64,000 bases of DNA from Octopus vulgaris (Eukaryota), in contig OX597814.1 in assembly GCA_951406725.2 (NCBI GenBank), positions 100,378,001 to 100,442,000 on the forward strand. Reading direction: 5' to 3'. Shown piece by piece: positions 55,576 to 64,000 of the stretch; positions within the stretch are counted from its first letter, which is position 1; each line of letters opens with the position of its first letter. Under the pieces are notes generated by a model. The model was not told where the DNA came from. It saw nothing but the letters and a program-made list of their open reading frames with translations, and made no database searches. Both the position numbers and the translations under genes were made by a program.

Positions 55576-56693
55576 TCGAAGTGTCAAAAATTTCCTGGAC
55601 TAGTTCTGTAGCCCACTCACAGATGGCAGCACACGGTTGGGTTCCCAGAGTGACCTAGCATGAGACAATGTGTTGAATGACGTCACTGTGTTTACTTCCC
55701 AAGTTGTGAAATTTATGTTTTTGTGATCACGTGTATGTTGTAGTTTGCGATGTTTGTCGTGAACAAGAAGTTGGAACAAAACACAAAGGTGAAATTTTGC
55801 GTTTAACTTGTGAAGTCTGTTACAGAGACATTGAGCATACTTCGGTAAGCTTACGGCGACGAGGCAATGGGTTGTACTCAAGGTTTCGAGTGGCACAGGC
55901 GCTTCAAAGGGCACGAGAGAGCCGCAGCTCAATCAAGAGCATACTCATCATATTTTTGTCATTCGAGCTGGCAGAAACGTTAGCGCGCCGGGCGTAATGC
56001 TTAGCGGTATTTCGTCTGTCGTTACGTTGTGAGTTCTAGTTTCCGCCGAGGTCGACTTTGCCTTTCATCCTTTCGGGGTCGATTAAATAAGTACCAGTTA
56101 CGCACTGGTGTCGATACAATCGACTTAATCCGTTTGTCTGTCCTTGTTTGCTCCCTCTGTGTTTAGCCCCTTGTGGGTAGTACAGAAATAGGTATTGTGT
56201 ATAGAGAATGTACCCGAGGGCCAGACTCTCAATCGAGAGTTCTACCGCGACGATTTGAAGCATTTGAGGGCAGACATTCGGTGGAAGTGACAGGTTCTGT
56301 AGGGCGCGAAGAATGGAGCTCTTCACGACGGCAATGCACCCTGTCGCCAAGCTCTCCCCACTCATGAGTTTCTTGCCATAATCAACATGGTATCGCTTCC
56401 GCACCCACCCTGTTCGTCAGATTTAGCACCTGCGGACTTCCAACTCTTCCTCGAGATGAAAGCGCAGCCCAAAGCCCACCGTTTTAACACCGTTGTCGAG
56501 ATCAAGACCTAATCGCAGTGAGTCAGCACGTTTACGGAAAATTATTTCCAATCCGGATTCCGAAAGTGGCAGAAACGCTGGGATGGGTATATTGCTGCGG
56601 AAGGTAACTATTTCGAAAGTGATGGTGTTAAAACTCAGGTAAATAAGTTATTCATTATTAAACGTACCTAGTCCGGAAATTAATATCACCTCT
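55576..56693 (+). mobile_element. Decayed mariner element interrupted by a SINE
   Basis: LEQNTKVKFCV..TETLSILR*AYGDEAM..FEWHRRFK; LHDGNAP; PHPPCSSDLAPADFQLF; KWQKRWDGYIAAEGNYFE; TIR remnants aatttcctggactag / ctagtccggaaatt. Confidence 0.9.
55964..56192 (+). mobile_element. SINE family A nested in the mariner
   Basis: cgagctggcagaaacgttagc...gtcgactttgcctttcatcctttcggggtcga...tttagccccttgtggg. Confidence 0.9.
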
Positions 56694-56723
56694 GCAGCAA
56701 GTACAAGATAACTTATAAAAAAT

Positions 56724-56868
<145 letters not shown>

Positions 56869-59800
56869 CTATGTTTGACTTTTGCTTTATATTTGTACAA
56901 GTTGGCTCCAAGTCTCACCCAGAGACCTCAAGAGACAACAGGGTTGGAAGTTCATGTTGTTGTTATGCCTAGTGTGCCATATATTTGGGGGGGGTGGGGG
57001 TGTTGTACTAATGAATGTCTAAAAAAAATTTTTTTTTTTTTTTTAAACCGAAAATTATGTTTGTTTTAAACCTTGAGATTACATAGAAAGTATTTTGCGT
57101 AGGATATGAGCAGTTCCCGTGAGCACTATCTTTTGAATTTCTGCCATATTTGGGTTTCCTGGTATCTGAGTTAGGTAGCTATCTGCCCCTTTTGCTATCA
57201 TTCCCATGGCACCTATGACAACAGGTATTGTTTTAGTCTTCAGCTTCCACATTTTGCTGATTTCTATTTCAAGATCTTTATATTTGCTCAGTTTTTGGTA
57301 GGTCTTGACAGATACGTTTATATCGATTGGGACAGTCATATCAATGAGGAGGCATGTTCTTTGTTTGAAGTCTTTCAATATGATGTCTGGCCTATTTGCA
57401 TCTATCTTTCTGTCAGTTTGAATGGCGAAGTTCCAGAGGAGTGAGATGTGGTCATTTTCAAGCACTGGGGGTGGTTTGTGTTCCCACCAGTTTTTTTCAT
57501 GGGGCAAATCCAGGTTTTTACAGATTACCCAGTGAATATATTGTGCAGCTCTATCGTGCCTGTTGAGATACTCTGTAGGCGCTAGAAGACTGCACTTGGA
57601 GACCACATGGTCAATGGTTTCATTTTGTTGCTTGCATACACGACACGTTGGACTGCTTCTGATCTTTAATATGTTGGCCTGGTAGTTTCTTGTTGGTAGG
57701 CATTGATCTTGAGCTGCTATGATAAACCCCTCTGTTTCAGATTTTAAGCCAGAGGCCATTAGCCATTGATGGGTCAGGGCTTTGTCAACATCTGCATTAT
57801 TTGCTCTCTTTGGGTATTTGCCATAGAGAGGTTTTTCTTTCCATTTATCATTCAGAATATCTAAGGCCGCAGATTTAGCACGGGTTTTCATGCGCTTAGC
57901 TTTTTCTGTGCCTGTTTCTTGTATGTCTATCTCTAATTCCGAAATTTGTTGTATTCGGAATTCACTTAGATATTCCTTTGCCTGTTTTGTTACTGAGTAT
58001 GATGCTTTCTTGTTTTCATGTTTTGAGACAAGTTTTAACATCCAGTCCTCAGAGTTTTTCAGGTAGGTATCTAGGCCAATTGTAGCAATCTTCATTGTTA
58101 TTGCCAGTTGTAAAAGTCCACGGCCTCCCTCTTTTCTTGGCAGATAAAGTCGTTCTGTATCTGCCTTAGGGAGGTGCATTCTATGCATTGTCAACAGTTT
58201 TCGTATTTTTCTGTCAAGATTACATATTTCAGTAATTGACCAGTTAACGATACTGAAACTGTAAGTCACGACTGGTATGGTTAATGCATTGATCGCTTCG
58301 ATCCTGTTTCTCGCATTCAGCTCTGTCTTGAGTATTGCTCTTACTCTGCGATAGCATTCTCTCCTGATCCTTTCCTTCATCTCTGAATGCCTTATTCCTT
58401 CTCCTTCAATTACCCCTAGATACTTGTAGTTCTCTGCTGGGTCTAATTCTTTTATGACATTCTGCTGGTCAAGGTTAACGTTAGATGTTTCTGTCATTTT
58501 TCCTTTGATAAAGGTAGCTTTTGCGCATTTATCGAGGCCAAATTGCATTCTGATGTCATCACTGAATTGTTTGACAATCGCTAGTAAGCCCTTGAGTTGT
58601 TGGTCATTTTTTGCAAAGAGCTTTAAATCATCCATGTAAATGAGATGATTTATATTTTTATCAAACATTTTATATCCGTACTGCGCATCATTGAGCAGTT
58701 TTGAGAGAGGTATTAAGGCTAAACAGAAGAGGAGCGGTGATAGTGAGTCACCCTGGAAAATGCCACATGAAATTTTTACATCACCAGCCTTTAGAGATTC
58801 ATTGTCACTGTTCAAAGTTAGTGTGGTTCTCCATGATCTCATACTTACAGACAAAAAGTTTCGCAGAGCAGGTGCTATCTTATACATTTCTAGGCATTTA
58901 TTAATCCAGCTATGTGGTAGGCTATCAAAAGCCTTTTTATAGTCTATCCAGGCTATTGATAAGTTTTTGTGTCGTTTGTGACAATCTTCTAAGATCATCT
59001 TATTGATGAGTAGTTGATCTTTACAACCGTAGGATCCACGTTTACATCCTTTCTGTTCATTAGGGAATATGCTGCTGTCTGTCAAAAAACTATAGGTATA
59101 TTCCGTCAGGACAGATGTTAGTGTTTTATACATAGTTGTTAAGCAGGTTATGGGTCTATAGTTTTTGGGTTCATTTGTTTCTTCACTTTTTGGAAGCAGG
59201 AATGTTAACCCATTAACTAGCCAAGGAGGCATCCTACTAGGGTGTTGCAAAACATCATTGTAAAGTTCTGCTAGCAGTTCATGGCTCTCTGGGAAGGCAT
59301 TCAACCAAAAGTTAGGGATTTTATCCTTTCCTGGAGACTTCCATTTGCTTGACCTCCTGAGAGCAGATCTTATATCTTCTACCTTGACACCCTCCCAATT
59401 TTGCTCTTCTAAGGAGTCCAGTTCTTTAGATATTCTATCAATCCAGGGGGCCTTTTCGCTGTGTGTTTTTTCTTCTGCCCAAATTTTATTCCAAAATCCC
59501 TGCACTTCTTTTGATGGTACAGACTTTACAGTAACTGTTGTTTTTCCTATCTTCCGGTAAAAATGTTTGGGGTTATTTTTGAACATGTTGTTGTCCCTGT
59601 AGAATCTAATACGCTTTTCATACCTCGCTATGCGGGCAGCTTTAGCAGATACCTTTTGCTTGATGGTTTCTATGGTGGCATCAATATCAAGTATAGTTTT
59701 CATATTATATTTTTTCATTAGTTTTTGGGTTTTTGCAGGTTTGGTAGTCTTATGAACCTTAAGGTTTTTCAAATATTCAATGTCAGATCTAAATAGTTTA

Positions 59801-59916
59801 ATTTGTTGTTGTAAACGCTCTTGCCAAGAAGGCTTTTTGTGGAAATGTTGCCGTGTTCTAATCTTTTCACCACATAGGATCGTTGAGATTTTCGCGGATG
59901 CATAGTATAGGTGGTT

Positions 59917-59919
<3 letters not shown>
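56869..59919 (-). mobile_element. R4/Dong-clade RLE non-LTR retrotransposon, 5'-truncated, young; 3' UTR 56869-57078
   Basis: Single ORF with RT then CCHC then RLE; (AAT)n on both sides on the coding strand (59920-59973 upstream, 56855-56868 downstream). Confidence 0.93.
57079..59919 (-). CDS. Reverse transcriptase + CCHC zinc knuckle + restriction-like endonuclease (N-terminally truncated, ~946 codons open)
   Basis: WKSPGKD, NYRPITCL, QKG, IDYKKAFDS, GIFQGDSLSP, YMDD; CRVC-x7-H-x4-C; RHD; RPDI...LIDMTVP...KLSKY. The frame stays open for 49 codons upstream of the listed 59772 start (YNHLYYASAK...PSWQERL) to the microsatellite. Confidence 0.95.
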
Positions 59920-59977
<58 letters not shown>

Positions 59978-60749
59978 GAGTTGCTGCATGATATATAGTA
60001 TACATTATATGGTATATATACTATATGTATAATGTATATACATGCATGTATACACACATACGCACACACATATATATATATATATTTTTATTTATTTGCA
60101 TGTATGTATGTATGTATGTATGTATGTGTGTATAAGTATATATTCAGAGTGAGTAGGTAGTATGTGCTATAGAAACCATTGGTTCATATGCTACTAAAAG
60201 GTCTTCCTGAATATATGCTAAATATTTTCTTAAATGGACCGATAGATAAAAGTTGTGATAGGTCAAAAACGTCTTGAGTACAGAGAGAGATAGGGAGAGA
60301 GTGAAAGAAAGAGCATGACGGTGTGTATGGTAAACTTCTAAAGATATTCTGAAGTGTGCAGTAGGAAGTAAGCTATTGACGACTTTATACAAGATACTTC
60401 AATTCAAAATACACTTCCGTCCTTGCGATGTCGCTTGACCTTTCCTGCGAGTGCCTTCACACATGAATGGGTTCTCCGACTATGCTCAAGGCACAAGTGA
60501 ATTGGAAGATGAAAAAGCTATCTTTTGATGCCAACCCGCATGTGACCAACCCTGTTGCTATCATACATTCTTTGTTTTAAAGTGATGTTCTATACATCAG
60601 CTTGGTAAAGATAAAATCAATTCACCTTCAAGTTTATTTCTATTGATTTTCAATAGAAATCACAATCGTCTCTGTAAGTTCAGACGTTTCGTAAACAAAT
60701 GCGTCTAGGTAAACAATGTAACAGAAGATAGTAAAAATAGGTAGTAGTG

Positions 60750-61075
60750 AAGGCAGGCACGTGGTTTAGTGGTTAGGGTATTCGGCTAACGATCGCAAGG
60801 TCGTGAGTTCAATTCCTGGTGACACTGTGTGTCTTTGAGCAAGACACTTTATTTCGCGTTGCTCCAGTCCACTCAGCTGGCAAAATTGAGTAGTACTTGT
60901 ATTTGAAAGGGCCCGCTTTGTCATACGGTGTGCCTCGGTGAGTCTTCCCGAGAACTACGTTAAGGGTACAAATGTCTATGCAGTGCTCAAGCACATGCAC
61001 ATTAATTTCACGAACAGGCTGTTCCGTGGATCGAATCAATTGGAACCCTTGTTGTCGTAGCCGACGAAGTGCCAG
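60750..61075 (+). mobile_element. SINE family C (tRNA head + CORE-like + tail X)
   Basis: tggtttagtggttaggg..gagttcaattcc..ctttgagcaagacactttatttcgcgttgctccagtccactcagctggcaaaa. Confidence 0.85.
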
Positions 61076-61099
61076 CATATGTATATTCCAGAGGTTCTT

Positions 61100-61863
61100 T
61101 TATTCTGTTTTACTTGTTTCAGTCATTTGACTGCGGCCATGCTGGAGCACCGCATTTAGTCGCGCAAATTGACACCAGGACTTATTCTTTGGAAGCCTAG
61201 TACTTATTCTATCAGTCTCTGCTGCCGAACCGCTAAGTGACGGGGACGTAAACACAACAGCATCGGTTGTCAAGCGATGTTGGGGGGACAAACACAGACA
61301 CACAAACATATACACACACATACATATATATATATATACATATATACAACTGGCTTCTTTCAGTTTCCGTCTACCGAATCCATTCACAAGGCTTTGGTCG
61401 GCCCGAGGCTATAGTAGAAGACACTTGCCCAAAGTTCCACGCAGTGGAAATGAACCCGAAGTCATGTGGTTGGTAAGTAAGCTACTTACCACACAGTCAC
61501 ACCTATGCATATGTACACGTAGCCTATTCTTTTCTATATTCGATCGCAGTTTTTACTTAGACGTATTTGTTTACAAAACGTCATAACTTGCAGTACTGAC
61601 TCTGATATCTATACGGGAATGCGTGGCTATTTGGCAAGAAGTTTGCTTTCCAACTATTTCGTTCCAGGTTCATTTCCACTACGTGGAATCCTGGGCAGGT
61701 GTCTTCTATAATACCTTCGGGCCGACCAAAGCCTTGTGGGTAGATTTGGCATAAGGAAACTGAAAGTAGCCTGTTGTATCTATGTATATAGTTATATTTA
61801 TATATATGGTGTGTGTGTATGTTTGTGTGTGTGTGTGTGTGTGCCTGTGTGTGTGTTTGTGTC

Positions 61864-61960
<97 letters not shown>

Positions 61961-62715
61961 TTGTCCTTCACCATCGTTTGACAACGAATGTTGATGTCTT
62001 TACGTGCCCTTAACATTAGCGGTTCGGCAAAAGAGAACAATAGAATAAGTACCACGCTTTGCAAAAATGTAATAAGTACTAATGTCGATAAGCTCGTTTA
62101 AAATTCTTCAATGTTGTTTCCCAGCAGAGGCGCAGTCTAATGAATAAAACATAGAAGAAATAAAAGAAATCAAGAAGAGAGAAACTGAAGAGTGAAAACA
62201 TCACACTGCTAACACACGATAAGACAAAATATTGACTTGTAAACCTCTAATATACTTGGAAACACATTACGGTTCCGAAACGTAATACTGCGGCGTTGAC
62301 AGCAATTAGATAATGAGTAATTCTACTGAATTTATATTTTATTCTATTACTTCTTTCAGTCATTTGACCGGCCATGCTGCTGCACCGCCCCGAAGGACTC
62401 CAGGATGTTTTTTCTTAAAAAAGCCTAGTATTTATTCTATCAATCACTTTTGCGGAACCGCTAAGTTACGGGGACGGAAACACACCAACACCGGTTTTCA
62501 AGTGGTTATGGGGCACAAACACGAATACACACACACACATGCATCTATATATACGACAAGCTTATTTCAGTTTCCGTTCACCAACTCCACTCACAAGACT
62601 GTGTTAAACCTGAGCTATAGAAGAAGGCACTAACCGATGGTGCCTCGCTGTGAAAATAAACCTGGAACCATGTTGTTGGGAAGCCAGCTTCTCACCATAC
62701 AGCCACGCCTGTGCC
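61100..62715. mobile_element. Cluster of three SINE family B copies: 61100-61505 (-), 61615-62160 (+), 62345-62715 (-)
   Basis: Same diagnostic blocks as 33028-33430, with internal microsatellites of different length. Confidence 0.85.
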
Positions 62716-63067
62716 TATAATTCTTTATTATTTGACAAATTTATTGAAATACAAACATTATCATAATGAGATTGTATGACAGTGAAAGGGATACAATGTC
62801 AAACACCAGTTTATGCAGCTGTTTATCCTTTCATACGTCTAAACACGCATGAATATTCTGTCTTTTGAAATTGTAGCAAATCCGCTCTAATAACAAATCG
62901 GGTCTAAACCGAGAAACAAAGAACAAGTCACCTTCATTGGAATTTATGAGTATGCATGGGATGGGGCATTTGAATTATAACGTCGGATGTAATCAATTGA
63001 ACCACACGCGTATTTATCGTTATGGTAAAATCTGGCGTGTGATTGAGTGGATTTCATCCAGATAGTC

Positions 63068-63143
63068 TTGGCTGACGAGCTACAAATGGATTATTGTAAG
63101 TAATATTACATTTAATTCATTAATAGCGAAACAATTGTCCCAA
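63068..63143 (+). ncRNA. Type I hammerhead ribozyme, canonical core (unit 1)
   Basis: ttgg-CTGACGA-gcta..aatggatta.tgtaa[gtaata]ttaca..taattcatt..tagc-GAAAC-AATT-GTC-ccaa; predicted cut after 63139. Confidence 0.88.
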
Positions 63144-63600
63144 AATAATCTGTATTTTTGTTATTTTTTATTTGCCCTGTCCGTGTGAGCTAACAGTCGT
63201 ACTGGCTTTCATGGGAAACATGTATTTTCGTGGTTGAAACCTTTTGGATTAACTGGTGCTAGAGTGATCAATATAGTGACCACTCTCTTATATTTATTTT
63301 GTGAAAATATTATAATATGCTATAAAATATTATAATAATCCAGGTTTCTCGTAGCACTAGGCCACTTGGTGTGGAATAAATATACTATTAAATTAGTATC
63401 TAATTCTCTCACCCTTATTAATTAATTATAATTATGCTGCATTTATTTCTAAATGCTGTATTTGTTTTCAGTGAGAGTTTGGCGCGCTGTTAGTTGGGGC
63501 ATTTGAATTATAACGTCGGATGTAATCAATTGAACCACACGCGTATTTATCGTTATGGTAAAATCTGGCGTGTGATTGAGTGGATTTCATCCAGATAGTC

Positions 63601-63676
63601 TTGGCTGACGAGCTACAAATGGATTATTGTAAGTAATATTACATTTAATTCATTAATAGCGAAACAATTGTCCCAA
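63601..63676 (+). ncRNA. Type I hammerhead ribozyme, canonical core (unit 2)
   Basis: Identical to unit 1; predicted cut after 63672. Confidence 0.88.
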
Positions 63677-64000
63677 AATAATCTGTATTTTTGTTATTTT
63701 TTATTTGCCCTGTCCGTGTGAGCTAACAGTCGTACTGGCTTTCATGGGAAACATGTATTTTCGTGGTTGAAACCTTTTGGATTAACTGGTGCTAGAGTGA
63801 TCAATATAGTGACCACTCTCTTATATTTATTTTGTGAAAATATTATAATATGCTATAAAATATTATAATAATCCAGGTTTCTCGTAGCACTAGGCCACTT
63901 GGTGTGGAATAAATATACTATTAAATTAGTATCTAATTCTCTCACCCTTATTAATTAATTATAATTATGCTGCATTTATTTCTAAATGCTGTATTTGTTT

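Larger units (their letters stand above)
62962..64000 (+). repeat. 533-bp tandem repeat, two apparently identical units (62962-63494; 63495 to beyond the window end), retrozyme / PLE-pLTR-like
   Basis: tggggcatttgaattataacgtcgg begins at 62962 and at 63495; no differences seen; no ORF; one hammerhead per unit. Confidence 0.92.

Noticed and set aside
59769-60005. Separate upstream ORF (ORF1) of the retrotransposon
   Set aside because: Off-frame translation through the (AAT)n tract; the true frame is continuous with 57079-59772.

Overview
AT-rich, microsatellite-saturated eukaryotic DNA with no recognisable host exon. It looks intronic or intergenic. The SINE repertoire and repeat landscape suggest a cephalopod (Octopus-like) genome, which is an inference. 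Almost all structure comes from transposons: (i) a young, 5'-truncated but uninterrupted R4/Dong-clade RLE non-LTR retrotransposon (RT + CCHC + PD-(D/E)xK; ~946 open codons) sitting in (TAA)n, plus an old decayed relative also flanked by (TAA)n; (ii) several mariner/Tc1/pogo relics and MITEs and a non-autonomous Helitron; (iii) at least three tRNA-derived SINE families in many copies; (iv) three Penelope-like element (PLE) coding fragments. The most interesting signal is invisible in the ORF track. About ten type I 'minimal' hammerhead ribozyme motifs (CUGANGA...GAAA-palindrome-UH) are scattered through the window. Many have greatly expanded stem II, and many lie in one arm of an inverted repeat. 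At the right end an apparently identical 533-bp tandem repeat carries a perfect hammerhead in each unit, an architecture expected to release a unit-length, possibly circular, 533-nt RNA (retrozyme-like). Coordinates of decayed repeats are approximate, read by eye.
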